Shown: one piece after another, positions 27,221 through 36,845 of the stretch
How the letters are laid out: each line of letters starts with the position of its first letter
Position numbering within the stretch: the first letter of the stretch is position 1
Source: an uncultured Candidatus Saccharibacteria bacterium
Lineage (GTDB): Bacteria; Patescibacteriota; Saccharimonadia; Saccharimonadales; CAYUUR01
Reading direction: 5' to 3'
Assembly: GCA_964448075.1 (NCBI GenBank)
Contig: CAYUUR010000003.1
Location: 69,610-133,609, forward strand
DNA: 64,000 nucleotides
Notes under the pieces: generated by a model
What the model was told of the DNA's origin: nothing
Databases searched by the model: none
Seen by the model: the letters and a program-made list of their open reading frames with translations, nothing else
Program-made: the position numbers and the translations under genes

Positions 27221-27660
27221 AGATAAGAAAACACAGTCGTAGTGCTGTCAGGTGTAATCACAGAGTAATCTTGTTCGGTCAGGAACTTTGGCAGAACATT
27301 CTCGGTTGCAGGGTCAATGTATTCTAGACGGGCAATCTCTGCTGCGCCGTGGCTGGACTTAGTAAGGTCTACCTCTACGTAGTCATCCGGGTTAAGGATG
27401 TTAAAGAAAAATTCTAGGTGTTCGTTATCTCCCTGCGCAAACTGTTGAATGAATAAGAGGTTACCTATGACTGGTTTTATGCCTGTCTCTTCAATAATCT
27501 CTCGTTCTAGCCCAGGGATGAGCGCCTCGTTATCATCAAGTCCGCCGCCAATAGTACACCAGAAATCAAGTGGTTGACCTGTTTTATGATCTTTGAGTTT
27601 GGCACAGAGCAGTCGGCCATCTTTGATAAAAATCCCGCGCACAGCAATCCGTCTTGTCAT
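27217..27660 (-). CDS. Nudix hydrolase
   Basis: 147 aa with the Nudix box GGGLDDNEALIPGLEREIIEETGI. Confidence 0.85.
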   Translation of the reverse strand: MTRRIAVRGIFIKDGRLLCAKLKDHKTGQPLDFWCTIGGGLDDNEALIPGLEREIIEETGIKPVIGNLLFIQQFAQGDNEHLEFFFNILNPDDYVEVDLTKSSHGAAEIARLEYIDPATENVLPKFLTEQDYSVITPDSTTTVFSYL

Positions 27661-27768
27661 GATCAGTAGTATACAGGATTCATAGGATACTAAGAGAATT
27701 GTACATGTCTCGACTCGCGCCGATGTGACTTTGTGTAGTACGGGTGTGCTCTGCTACAATGACGCGAT

Positions 27769-28320
27769 ATGAGAGAAATCGAAGTAAAGGCGCGATTGAC
27801 TGATGCAGAAGCTTTTCTTAAGAAAGCTGAAGCAAAAGGGATTTTGTTTGGTGAGCCGATAGAACAGCTTGACGTTACATTTACAAATGATACACCTCAC
27901 GATGATCCTTCGTGGACGATTTTCCGAATTCGGCAACAAGGTGATAAAACAATCTTAACAATGAAGTATAGAGCGTCAGAACGTTCCCGCGACAATCACG
28001 AACGGGAGACAGAAGTAAGCGAAGCCAAGCAAATTGCCGACATGCTCGAGAGGGTTGGCTACATGTTTGATGTCCAGGTGCGAAAGACACGCCGCAAGGC
28101 AAAGTACAATGGCCTAGAAGTCTGCTTTGACCAAGTTGATCAGCTTGGTTGTTTTACGGAAGTGGAGTCACTAGCAGAAGACGACGCTGATGTTGATGCG
28201 ATCCAGGCTGAGCTTTGGAATCTTCTCAAAGAACTGGGCGTAGCAGAAGACGACAGGGTGCACAAGGGCTACGATACGTTGATGCGTAAACATAAAGGTA
28301 TGGATGAGAGGTATAAATAA
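27769..28320 (+). CDS. CYTH-domain protein (CyaB/thiamine-triphosphatase-like)
   Basis: 183 aa. The N-terminal ExExK motif is MREIEVKARL. TGCTACAAT lies 8 nt upstream of the ATG. Confidence 0.75.
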   Translation: MREIEVKARLTDAEAFLKKAEAKGILFGEPIEQLDVTFTNDTPHDDPSWTIFRIRQQGDKTILTMKYRASERSRDNHERETEVSEAKQIADMLERVGYMFDVQVRKTRRKAKYNGLEVCFDQVDQLGCFTEVESLAEDDADVDAIQAELWNLLKELGVAEDDRVHKGYDTLMRKHKGMDERYK

Positions 28321-28444
28321 GTCAGAAATGATTTTAGGTAATGACACAAAACATAACGAATGTGAGTGAGAGACTGCGCCCGGCTGCTTATTGAAACCGT
28401 ATAGCAGGCAACAAATGGTATACTGGGCGCAAATAGGAGGCGAG

Positions 28445-29398
28445 ATGATCCAGGCGTTAGAAAGAGAGACCTTACCAGTATTCACGAGCGAGCAGTTAGG
28501 TGCCTTGCAGATACAAATGCTTATTAGTGGCGGCGAGGTTGCAAGAGATCGCCGCGTCGAGATTATCGCGGAGATGGCTTTGCGCTGTTGGAGTGCCGAT
28601 GAAGCACCACGGCTTCAATCAGGCATGCCGCAAAAGTTTATACTAGATGGTTTTAGTGAGCAGGGTCTGACGAGCTTCCGCTATCAGCATGATCGTCGCA
28701 TGTCGCCTGGTGCAGGGTTTGAGCTAGAGCACCTTCCGCTAGGTACCAAAAATCCAGACACAGACTATGTGATCGCAGATACGGAATCGCCCGAAGCAGT
28801 GCTTGATATGCTCATGGTTGCAACTAGTGCCGTTAATGGCACGAAACCGTGGCCACGACCTGTGTATCAAAACGAAAGTAACGTTCACGAGCATGAAGAA
28901 AGCACGATTATGGGTAGTAGCTACGGCGGCCCAGATGTTTTATTGCGTCCGCGTAAACTCTTGCCGATGCTCGGGAGTATCATGGTCGCGGCCGGCAATA
29001 CTCTGTCTGCTGCTAGGCCTGATGCGGTAGCTGACGTGCGTTTGCGCCTGAACGCGGGCAAGCATCTATACAAGGTGTACGATGATGAACAAACGATTGA
29101 CTTCTGGGCAAAGAACGAGGTAGAGAGCGCTGACTTTTCTTTGCAGATAAAACCTTTCGGAGGTTCGTACGGCTCAGAGCAGATAGCCTTCACTCGGGCA
29201 CAACTTGTCCAAAGGGAATATGGCGTACGTGGCAAGGTGCGTCAGACAGTAACGGGTATTGAGCAGCGTGGAGAAGAAATGTTTCTGCGGCGGCGAACCA
29301 AAATCGGTGACTTGCATTCAGAAACAGCGTATCCGATTGGTCTTGATGGTATCGTCGAAATGGCACAGCGCGTAGAGCAGGTAACTAAAGAGGCATAA
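28445..29398 (+). CDS. Hypothetical protein
   Basis: The ORF is open from TTG 28391, but ATG 28445 is preferred because AGGAGG lies 4 nt upstream. It is 317 aa with no recognisable motif. Confidence 0.6.
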   Translation: MIQALERETLPVFTSEQLGALQIQMLISGGEVARDRRVEIIAEMALRCWSADEAPRLQSGMPQKFILDGFSEQGLTSFRYQHDRRMSPGAGFELEHLPLGTKNPDTDYVIADTESPEAVLDMLMVATSAVNGTKPWPRPVYQNESNVHEHEESTIMGSSYGGPDVLLRPRKLLPMLGSIMVAAGNTLSAARPDAVADVRLRLNAGKHLYKVYDDEQTIDFWAKNEVESADFSLQIKPFGGSYGSEQIAFTRAQLVQREYGVRGKVRQTVTGIEQRGEEMFLRRRTKIGDLHSETAYPIGLDGIVEMAQRVEQVTKEA

Positions 29399-29403
29399 AG
29401 TAG

Positions 29404-30132
29404 TTAGGCGGCGGCTGGGAAGTTACGGTAGCGGTCAATTGCGCCAGGTGCAATCAATCGGTCTGCCAGCGTTGGATTGGTCGCAAATAGATCAGCGGCA
29501 AAGGTATCAGCAGCATGTTCTGCAGTGGTGTTGCGGTATGCAAAATGCTGCATCTCTATGACTTCTTGGAAAGATGATACGCCTAGACGTGTCTGGTGAG
29601 CATCAAGATTGTTCATGAGGTCAGCATGTTCGGCGCTTGTTGTGTCTAGTAAGCGGCTCGTAGCAACATTGCCAAGTGGCATAGTTTCTTTGTCTTGTTT
29701 GATTTGCCGAGTGAGGGATTCTGGGTCGTCCTCGTGATCCATATTGAGAACCACATGGCCAAACTCATGGGCCAGCGAGAAGGCTATGAGTGATTCTGCT
29801 GTCACATTCTCCGGAACAGTCATCATTTTGTCTGCCATGATCTCCTTTAGGCCGGGCACACTATCAAGAAGAGACTGGTGCTTAGCGAGCACACTGTCAA
29901 TATCATCTAGCTGGAAGTGAACTTCATGCTGACCAGATTCGCTGCGATGCGCCGGCCGCGCAAAGGCGATGGGGCCAGTTCCAGGCTCAACAGGGACGAT
30001 CTTAACGTCTTCTAGCCGAGGGTCTAGATTTACTGCCGTTTGATACACCTCTTGCAGTACAACGCCCATTTCGGCTTGGCCAAGGATGGCCTCGTTGTTA
30101 TCTGCTTGGGTTGATAATTGTTCTGCTGTCAT
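29404..30132 (-). CDS. Putative zinc metallopeptidase (HEXXH)
   Basis: 242 aa with the motif FSLAHEFGHVVLNMDHEDD. The family is not recognised. Confidence 0.45.
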   Translation of the reverse strand: MTAEQLSTQADNNEAILGQAEMGVVLQEVYQTAVNLDPRLEDVKIVPVEPGTGPIAFARPAHRSESGQHEVHFQLDDIDSVLAKHQSLLDSVPGLKEIMADKMMTVPENVTAESLIAFSLAHEFGHVVLNMDHEDDPESLTRQIKQDKETMPLGNVATSRLLDTTSAEHADLMNNLDAHQTRLGVSSFQEVIEMQHFAYRNTTAEHAADTFAADLFATNPTLADRLIAPGAIDRYRNFPAAA

Positions 30133-30272
30133 TTTTGTTTTGATTTAACTAAGCTAATAGTAGCACATAATAGCCATGAGCGCAATACATAGTGACATGT
30201 TTCTGCGTAGTTACAACATTGATGCTTGCAATAATGTGCATCCAGGCGTTTACTGTACCAAAAGGAGATAAT

Positions 30273-30710
30273 ATGTCAGAACAGCTAGTCGCAGTAGTTG
30301 AGGGCTACGTTAATGAGATGCAAAAAGTAGATAGCAATACACAGGAACTGCGCCAAATGGAACAAACCGCCGGCAAAGCTGGGGTTGCATTGATGGGAAT
30401 CGCAGGTGGGTTGGTAGTTGCGAGCGAAGTGGCTGACCAGATAGCAGATGCCGTAGAGGGTAGTGTGTCGGTCAACTATAGTGCAGAGTCGGCTGTTGTG
30501 GGAGTGGCGCGTGAAGTCGCCGACGTAACAGATGATGCTGCATTGGGCTTTGGTGTAGTTGGGGTTATTGCACTGGGATACTGGGGTATGACCAGGTTCT
30601 TGCGCAAAAAATCGGAAAAAATAGCCCACGACAGCACGCGCCGATTACGAATAGCCGCAGAACAAGACGAGATTATTGCGCAAGCTTTTTCGACTGAAGC
30701 TGAACAGTAG
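30273..30710 (+). CDS. Small two-TM hairpin membrane protein with an acidic loop
   Basis: ATG 30273 is preceded by AAGGAG, giving 145 aa. TM1 is GVALMGIAGGLVVA and TM2 is LGFGVVGVIALGYWGM, followed by RFLRKK. Confidence 0.6.
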   Translation: MSEQLVAVVEGYVNEMQKVDSNTQELRQMEQTAGKAGVALMGIAGGLVVASEVADQIADAVEGSVSVNYSAESAVVGVAREVADVTDDAALGFGVVGVIALGYWGMTRFLRKKSEKIAHDSTRRLRIAAEQDEIIAQAFSTEAEQ

Positions 30711-30787
30711 CGTCTGGTTACACTACCAGCTACAGGGGTAACATTTTTATTGAAGGCTGAGATCGTAAACATGCTAGAATTTAGCTA

Positions 30788-31411
30788 ATGGGATTGCCAC
30801 AGATCAGAATAAAGGACGCTTGGTTATTGCGAGAGAATGCCTCTGTGCATCTACACAAGTTGTGGGCAAAAGAAGGCGAGGAATTAGCTGACTTTGATGC
30901 GATGCAAAAAATCGTTGCGGCTTACCAGGCTGCATGGAAGCCGGTTGAGAAGAAAATACTAACCGCCATGACTGACGCACTTGGGCTTGAGTTTCGCAAA
31001 AACATTATTGATGTGTCTATAGCGCCGTGGTTTCGTGCCTTTAGTGATCCACTAGTGATCGGCGTGACATACGGGCCTGATCAGTTTGTAGATATACTTA
31101 CGCACGAATTAATCCATGTATTACTGACAGATAGTACTAAAACGCCAGAAGATTTATTTGTGCTTGGTGCAGATTGGGAACGTATGTATGGTGACAAGCA
31201 TACGTTTGGAGCGCTTGTGCATATACCTGTACACGCAGTGCATAAGCACATATATTTGGATATTCTTAAAGCCCCCGCCAAATACGATCGCGACAAACAT
31301 ATGAGTGACGGCAAAGCCAAGGATTACGTAGATGCTTGGGCCTATGTAGATGCCCATGACTACAAAAAGTTGATTACAGAGCTCAAAGAGAGTTACACGC
31401 GCTATAACTAG
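30788..31411 (+). CDS. Putative metal-dependent hydrolase/peptidase (HEXXH as HELIH)
   Basis: 207 aa with the motif DILTHELIHVLLTD. CATGCTAGAAT lies 7 nt upstream of the ATG. Confidence 0.4.
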   Translation: MGLPQIRIKDAWLLRENASVHLHKLWAKEGEELADFDAMQKIVAAYQAAWKPVEKKILTAMTDALGLEFRKNIIDVSIAPWFRAFSDPLVIGVTYGPDQFVDILTHELIHVLLTDSTKTPEDLFVLGADWERMYGDKHTFGALVHIPVHAVHKHIYLDILKAPAKYDRDKHMSDGKAKDYVDAWAYVDAHDYKKLITELKESYTRYN

Positions 31412-31460
31412 TTGTTCGTTTGACGCATATATACTATGGTATATGTAGATAAGGAGTCCT

Positions 31461-31589
31461 ATGCCAGAACAAGCAACGCACGTCCACGTACCTATTGAGC
31501 GGCAGAGAAATGACATTCCGACGGTGCCTATCCTCCTAGGTAGTGTAGCAAGTGCCAGTTTTGTGGGCATGCGCTGGTATCTAGCCTAG
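31461..31589 (+). CDS. Unlisted small ORF (42 aa) with a strong ribosome-binding site
   Basis: TAAGGAGTCCT precedes the ATG. The product is MPEQATHVHVPIERQRNDIPTVPILLGSVASASFVGMRWYLA. It falls below the 60-aa cut-off of the ORF track. Confidence 0.4.
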   Translation: MPEQATHVHVPIERQRNDIPTVPILLGSVASASFVGMRWYLA

Positions 31590-31618
31590 AACCTGTCGTT
31601 GAGCACCAAGAAGCTGAA

Positions 31619-31756
31619 ATGGAACAGCTACATACGCAGATGCTGGCTGCAGGCGCTGGGTTTGTCTTTTTTGGGGCTGCTGCTGCGGTCACTACATACT
31701 TGGCAATACGCAAAAGAGATAGGCAGAGGACACAAGCGCAAGGGAGTACAAGATGA
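31619..31756 (+). CDS. Unlisted small single-TM ORF (45 aa), translationally coupled to the next gene
   Basis: The product is MEQLHTQMLAAGAGFVFFGAAAAVTTYLAIRKRDRQRTQAQGSTR. Its TGA overlaps the ATG of the 31753 gene (ATGA). Confidence 0.45.
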   Translation: MEQLHTQMLAAGAGFVFFGAAAAVTTYLAIRKRDRQRTQAQGSTR

Positions 31757-32130
31757 AAAAGCAACCGCAAGTCTTGGATACTGTTGAGCTTGAGAGCGAG
31801 CAGGCAAAACCAGAACGAAACAATCGTGAACGCCGGATTACGCGCATACAGCAATTTATTCGAGGGATTGGCGCAGTCGGCCTCGTGTGGGGAGGCATGC
31901 AATTAGTGCAGGCCATGGGTGAATATACAGCGAGTAATGAGATTGAGCGTCAGCTTGAAGCGGACGATGTTGGCAATGAGGAAGTCATGATGATTGTCGA
32001 CACAGCGCATGACAATGCAGACGAGACAAGAAATAACGGCATCACTGCTCTGGCAGTTGGGACAGGCGCCTTGTTCGTTTACGAAAGATTGCGCAAACAA
32101 CACAGCGCGAACGAACAGCTGCTACAATAA
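31753..32130 (+). CDS. Small two-TM hairpin membrane protein with an acidic loop
   Basis: 125 aa. The layout is RERRITR, TM1 (GIGAVGLVWGGMQLVQAMG), an acidic loop, then TM2 (ITALAVGTGALFVY). Confidence 0.6.
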   Translation: MKKQPQVLDTVELESEQAKPERNNRERRITRIQQFIRGIGAVGLVWGGMQLVQAMGEYTASNEIERQLEADDVGNEEVMMIVDTAHDNADETRNNGITALAVGTGALFVYERLRKQHSANEQLLQ

Positions 32131-32164
32131 GACAACAAAATAAGTCTCATCGGGAGGGTGCATC

Positions 32165-33706
32165 GTGAGCTATACTAAGGGTCTTATGGATCAAGCTTTG
32201 GCCTTAGAAATACTAATGAGCGGCGAGAGCGCTTTACTGACTGGCCCTGCCGGTTCAGGCAAGACATACGTGCTCAACCAGTTTATAAAACACGCCCGCG
32301 CTGAAGGCAAAAAGGTTGCCGTCACGGCAACGACAGGACTAGCCGCAACGCACCTAAACGGTACGACCATTCATTCCTGGAGTGGCATTGGTATTCATGA
32401 CGAGCTGCCCAAAAAGCACCACGAAGGTCTTAGTAAGGCCCGCGTCGAGAGCATTAGCAAAACAGACATATTGGTAATAGACGAAATATCTATGCTGCAT
32501 GATTATCGGCTCGATATGGTTGATCGCATTGCACGAGCTGTGCGTAAATCTGATGAACCATTTGGCGGGCTACAGGTGGTGCTGTGTGGTGATTTTTTCC
32601 AGTTGCCACCAGTGACACGCGGCGCTCGTGCGCAAGGTAAGTTTGTGGTTAATTCAGCTGTTTGGGAAGAGTTTGACCCAGTGATTTGCTATCTGAGCGA
32701 ACAACATCGTCAAGATGATGACGTATTCCTAGAGATACTAAACGCGCTGCGAGCCAATGATCTGCGGCGTCGTCACGCCGAGGCGCTGTTGGCACGGAAA
32801 GGCCCACATGATCCGTTTGTAGAAGCTACAGAACTACACACAACTAATGTTGACGTCGACACTATTAATGCTGACCGGCTGCGGTCGCTGACCGGCGATG
32901 AGCATATATATTACATGACAACAACAGGATCCAAGAACTACGTAGAGAGCCTCAAAAAAGCCTGCCTTGCCCAGGAAGAATTAGTACTCAAAAAGGGCGC
33001 GCTGGTGATGTGCATCAAAAACAATCCTGAGAAAAAATACGTCAATGGCTCGCTCGGTATTGTGGTTGGGTTCGAGAAGGGGACAGACTACCCGATGGTT
33101 GAGCTCAAAAATGGTCGCAAGATTACCATGACACCAGAATCATGGGAATTGCGTGATGGTGACAAAAAACGGGCAAGCTTGGCACAAATACCACTACGGC
33201 TGGCATGGGCAATCACTGTGCACAAAAGCCAAGGGATGACGCTTGACGCGGCACGGATTGACCTCAGTAAAGCGTTTGTGGAGGGCATGGGGTATGTGGC
33301 GCTTTCTCGGGTGCGTAGTCTAGACACGCTGAGTCTCGCCGGACTTAACCAAATGGCCCTACGGGTCAGTAGTGACGCGCTTGAAATTGACGAGACGCTA
33401 CGGGCCAAATCAGCCAAGCACAGCCGCAAATACGAACACTTGCGGGGTGAGGCAGAAAAGCGTGCCAAGCAAAAGCAACCCAAAGAAACAAAAGGTCCGT
33501 GGCAAGATAAGCTTGAAAAGATGCGTGAAGAATTCCCAAACGCCTATCGTCCGTGGTTACCTGAGCAAGACGAGAAATTAAAAGACATGTTCACGAATGG
33601 CAAAACAGTCAAGGTAATCAGCAAACAGCTTGGCCGACATCCTGGGTCTATACGTAAGCGACTAGAAAAGCACTACGGTGAAGATTGGGAAACCAAAAGC
33701 AAGTAG
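32165..33706 (+). CDS. PIF1/RecD-like ATP-dependent DNA helicase with a C-terminal helical/HTH-like extension
   Basis: 513 aa with a GTG start preceded by GGGAGGG. Walker A is LTGPAGSGKTY; other motifs are ILVIDEISML, VLCGDFFQLPPV and ITVHKSQGMTLD. Confidence 0.85.
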   Translation: MSYTKGLMDQALALEILMSGESALLTGPAGSGKTYVLNQFIKHARAEGKKVAVTATTGLAATHLNGTTIHSWSGIGIHDELPKKHHEGLSKARVESISKTDILVIDEISMLHDYRLDMVDRIARAVRKSDEPFGGLQVVLCGDFFQLPPVTRGARAQGKFVVNSAVWEEFDPVICYLSEQHRQDDDVFLEILNALRANDLRRRHAEALLARKGPHDPFVEATELHTTNVDVDTINADRLRSLTGDEHIYYMTTTGSKNYVESLKKACLAQEELVLKKGALVMCIKNNPEKKYVNGSLGIVVGFEKGTDYPMVELKNGRKITMTPESWELRDGDKKRASLAQIPLRLAWAITVHKSQGMTLDAARIDLSKAFVEGMGYVALSRVRSLDTLSLAGLNQMALRVSSDALEIDETLRAKSAKHSRKYEHLRGEAEKRAKQKQPKETKGPWQDKLEKMREEFPNAYRPWLPEQDEKLKDMFTNGKTVKVISKQLGRHPGSIRKRLEKHYGEDWETKSK

Positions 33707-33728
33707 CCAATTCTGTTAGAATAGAGCG

Positions 33729-34406
33729 ATGAGCAGAAAGCATGAAAAAGAACAGAAACGTCGGTTTCGGAAGCGCCGAGTTGGCTTCTTTCTTGTCTTG
33801 CTGATACTTGTTGCTGTGCTGCTGGGACCAATTTCATATGTCTGGTTTGTATCACAAGATGCCAGAAAGCCGTTTGCTGCTATTGAATCGCTCGAGCCAC
33901 GACCAGTCGTGATTGTTTTTGGCGCTGGTGTCTGGCCGGATGGCACGCCAACGCCGTATCTACAGAAGCGCTTAGACACCGCAATGCGCATGCAGCAAAC
34001 TGGCAAAGTCCAAAAGATTTTAGTTAGTGGCGATAATAGTACAGAGCACTACAATGAGCCTGTCGCGATGCAGAACTACTTGGTCGGTCAGGGCGTTCCC
34101 AAAGACGTCGTTGTGCTGGATTATGCTGGCTTAAGTACATACGACACGTGCTATCGTGCACAAGAGATATTTAAAGTTACCAAAGCATACGTGACTACTC
34201 AGTCGTATCATTTACCTCGCGCAGTTATGACCTGCCGTATGCTTGGGATTGACGCAGTTGGTGTCGAATCGATGCGGGATGGCCGGGACTTCACGGCTGC
34301 ATACTTACTGCGTGAAATGGCTTCTATATACAAAGCTGGTTTTGAACTCGCTCTCCGCGCAGAGCCCGCAGTCAAAGGTGATCCTGAGCCGATAGTGGTA
34401 GAATAG
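33729..34406 (+). CDS. SanA/ElyC (DUF218) family membrane-anchored protein
   Basis: 225 aa with an N-terminal TM segment and the sequence VIVFGAGVWPDGTPTPYLQKRLDTAMRMQQTGKVQKILVSGDN...YNEP. TGTTAGAAT lies 6 nt upstream of the ATG. Confidence 0.75.
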   Translation: MSRKHEKEQKRRFRKRRVGFFLVLLILVAVLLGPISYVWFVSQDARKPFAAIESLEPRPVVIVFGAGVWPDGTPTPYLQKRLDTAMRMQQTGKVQKILVSGDNSTEHYNEPVAMQNYLVGQGVPKDVVVLDYAGLSTYDTCYRAQEIFKVTKAYVTTQSYHLPRAVMTCRMLGIDAVGVESMRDGRDFTAAYLLREMASIYKAGFELALRAEPAVKGDPEPIVVE

Positions 34407-34411
34407 TCACT

Positions 34412-35119
34412 ATGACTATAGGAATAATTGGTGCAGGTAGTTTTGGATTGTTTTTGGCAGAGAAACTCAACGAGGTCGCAGACGTAAAAGTGTATAGCCG
34501 AAGCGGCAAGGGCGGGAAGTGGAATGCTCCGCTCGATGCCGTTGCAGCGTGTGATTGGCTAATTCCATGCATCCCGCTTGATGCTTACACATCAGCATTA
34601 ACTGAGCTAAAGCCTATACTGAGCCCTCAGACAATATTGGTAGATGTATGTTCAGTAAAAGAAAAGCCAATCCAGATTATCAAAGAAGTATTACCTGACC
34701 AGCCGCTTGTCGCAACTCATCCGCTTTTTGGTCCAGAGTCAGCTAGTGAATCACTGGTCGGGCACACGGTGGTGTTATGCCCAGAATCATCCGACAAAAC
34801 AGCATATGATGCAGTCAAGACGTTATGCCAGCAATTACAACTCGCTATTGTAGAAATGAGTGCACTTGAGCATGACAAAGAAATGGCCGTTGTACAGGGG
34901 CTAACCTTCTTTATTGCCCATGCTCTGAAAGACATGAATCTGCATAAAATGGTGCTGGAAACACCTTCATTTAAGCGCTTACGCCACTTAGGGGAACTTG
35001 AAGAACACCACAGCCAAGAATTATTTGAGACGATACAGAACGGCAACCAGCAAACACGAGACGTCCGAGAGGCGTTTTTGCGTCATGCGGCATCGATCAA
35101 TGCTTCGCTTGAATCATGA
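34412..35119 (+). CDS. Prephenate/arogenate dehydrogenase-like NAD(P)-binding protein
   Basis: 235 aa. It has a Rossmann N-terminus (IGIIGAGSFGLFLAEKL) and VATHPLFGPES, typical of the TyrA family. Confidence 0.55.
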   Translation: MTIGIIGAGSFGLFLAEKLNEVADVKVYSRSGKGGKWNAPLDAVAACDWLIPCIPLDAYTSALTELKPILSPQTILVDVCSVKEKPIQIIKEVLPDQPLVATHPLFGPESASESLVGHTVVLCPESSDKTAYDAVKTLCQQLQLAIVEMSALEHDKEMAVVQGLTFFIAHALKDMNLHKMVLETPSFKRLRHLGELEEHHSQELFETIQNGNQQTRDVREAFLRHAASINASLES

Positions 35120-35153
35120 GTCCGCGGGCTGCATGGTATGATGTAGGCAAGCT

Positions 35154-35747
35154 ATGATACGACGAAGAAAAAGACGAGAACAGGTATACGCCTTTATTGA
35201 TAGCCAGAATTTGAATGTTGGCGTTCAGAAGCACGGCTGGAAGATGGATTGGAAGAAGCTGCGAGAGTTTTTGAAGACCAAGTATGGCGTGACAGAAGCC
35301 TTCATGTTTATTGGTTATGTGCCTGAGAATGAAGACATGTACAAACAGTTGCACGAAAGTGGTTTTAGGATTGTACTCAAGCCAACCTACGACATGACGC
35401 GTCCTCGCCCCGAACAAGAAGAAGGCGAGGAGAAAAAGCCTATCAAAGGGAATGTTGACGCTGAATTAGTCTTGTGGGCAATGAAAGAATTCCCAAACTA
35501 CCAAAAGGCCATTATTGTCTCTGGTGACGGCGATTTCTTTTGCCTGGTTGAATACCTTGCCGAGCAAAAGCGATTACTTAAGATCCTGACCCCAAGCCAG
35601 CAGTACTCTGGCCTGTACAATGCTTTTGACGAGTATGTGGAACAACTCGATACATACCGTAGTCAGCTGCAGTATCGTTCATTTGCCAAATTTAACAAGA
35701 ACCGTCGTGGAACAAAAGGAGAAAACAATGGTCAAAAAACTACCTAA
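35154..35747 (+). CDS. NYN-domain (LabA-like) predicted ribonuclease
   Basis: 197 aa with the motifs YAFIDSQNLNVG, KGNVDAELVLWAM and IIVSGDGDFFCLVEYL. Confidence 0.75.
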   Translation: MIRRRKRREQVYAFIDSQNLNVGVQKHGWKMDWKKLREFLKTKYGVTEAFMFIGYVPENEDMYKQLHESGFRIVLKPTYDMTRPRPEQEEGEEKKPIKGNVDAELVLWAMKEFPNYQKAIIVSGDGDFFCLVEYLAEQKRLLKILTPSQQYSGLYNAFDEYVEQLDTYRSQLQYRSFAKFNKNRRGTKGENNGQKTT

Positions 35748-36069
35748 TCCTGCAGACCCTGTCATTGGTTTTATTCGTCCGCGTCGGATTTTATTTGTAC
35801 TTGTGGCGGTATTGGGTATAGGTGCTGTTTTTTACCATCATGTCGAGAATCTTAGCTGGCTCAACAGTGTGTATTTCTGCGTTGTCACGCTCACGACTGT
35901 TGGCTATGGAGACATAACGCCACAAACTGAACTAGGTAGGCTATTCACGATCTTTTATATTCTCATTGGTGTTGGAATTATTGCCAGCTCGCTTAGCTAT
36001 CTTCTAAAATCGTCAGTTGCCAAACGGGTAACTGGTCATATGCATGACGAAGAAACCAAAGACGAGTAA
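35728..36069 (+). CDS. Minimal two-TM potassium channel
   Basis: ATG 35728 is preceded by AAAGGAG, giving 113 aa. The selectivity filter is TLTTVGYGDITP. It overlaps the NYN gene by 20 nt. Confidence 0.8.
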   Translation: MVKKLPNPADPVIGFIRPRRILFVLVAVLGIGAVFYHHVENLSWLNSVYFCVVTLTTVGYGDITPQTELGRLFTIFYILIGVGIIASSLSYLLKSSVAKRVTGHMHDEETKDE

Positions 36070-36071
36070 CG

Positions 36072-36806
36072 TTACTGCACGCGCATAAAGCCTTCAAAAC
36101 AGGCGAGGTCATGTAGATCGGCCTCATCGGCCTGTTCAAACAAAAGACTGGACTGGCTGGCATGGGCTTGTAAGGCAGCGAGTTTTACATCGCACCATTT
36201 ATTACTGAGGCGTAGGCCTATGTCAGTTTTGCGTTCATCAATCAGCGGCGGATGGTCAGTTCTAAAGAAAATATTGAATTGCGCATCGAGTTTCTGGCCG
36301 CTGCCGTCATACCATTGCTTGCTGTGCACGGAATGATAGACGGTTGGCCGCCGGTCGTGTGGCAGCTGGCTGACGGCTTGCGTTGTCCAGTCAGAGACGG
36401 CAATGTGGTCAGGATGCCCAGTTGAGCCTGATGGGCCAAAAGTCACGATGGTATCTGGCGTTTCCTTGAATATATGGTCACGAATTTTTGCAATCATCTT
36501 TGCCGATTTGTCTTCAGTACAGTGACAATCTATGCATCCTAAATAGCACTGGCAACCAATCCCGAGTATCTTGCAGGCTGCAGCAAGCTCGCGTTTCCTG
36601 ATATTGGCTAGCTCTTTTGCTGGCCAGCGTGCTTCATCTTGAACGCCAGCTTCTCCATAGGTTGCCGTGACGCAGCAGGTACGCTGACCGTTAGCGTTGG
36701 CCATGGCCATCAGGCCGGCCGAAGCCCACGTTTCATCGTCTGGGTGTGCCCAGATACCCATAATTGTGCCAAGTTGTTTAATGTCATCTTGTGTTGTGAT
36801 CTGCAT
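36072..36806 (-). CDS. PIG-L/LmbE family N-acetylglucosaminyl deacetylase
   Basis: 244 aa with the motifs GIWAHPDDETWASAG and GHPDHIAVS. Confidence 0.8.
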   Translation of the reverse strand: MQITTQDDIKQLGTIMGIWAHPDDETWASAGLMAMANANGQRTCCVTATYGEAGVQDEARWPAKELANIRKRELAAACKILGIGCQCYLGCIDCHCTEDKSAKMIAKIRDHIFKETPDTIVTFGPSGSTGHPDHIAVSDWTTQAVSQLPHDRRPTVYHSVHSKQWYDGSGQKLDAQFNIFFRTDHPPLIDERKTDIGLRLSNKWCDVKLAALQAHASQSSLLFEQADEADLHDLACFEGFMRVQ

Positions 36807-36845
36807 ACGTTGCTCTTCGTAGTATTATGGGTAGTATAGCAATAT

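Noticed and set aside
31599-31787. A 62-aa track ORF in the 31412-31752 gap
   Set aside because: It has a TTG start, no ribosome-binding site and a basic Trp/Cys/Arg-rich product. The alternative frame gives a clean single-TM 45-aa ORF that is ATGA-coupled to the next gene, so I preferred that frame.
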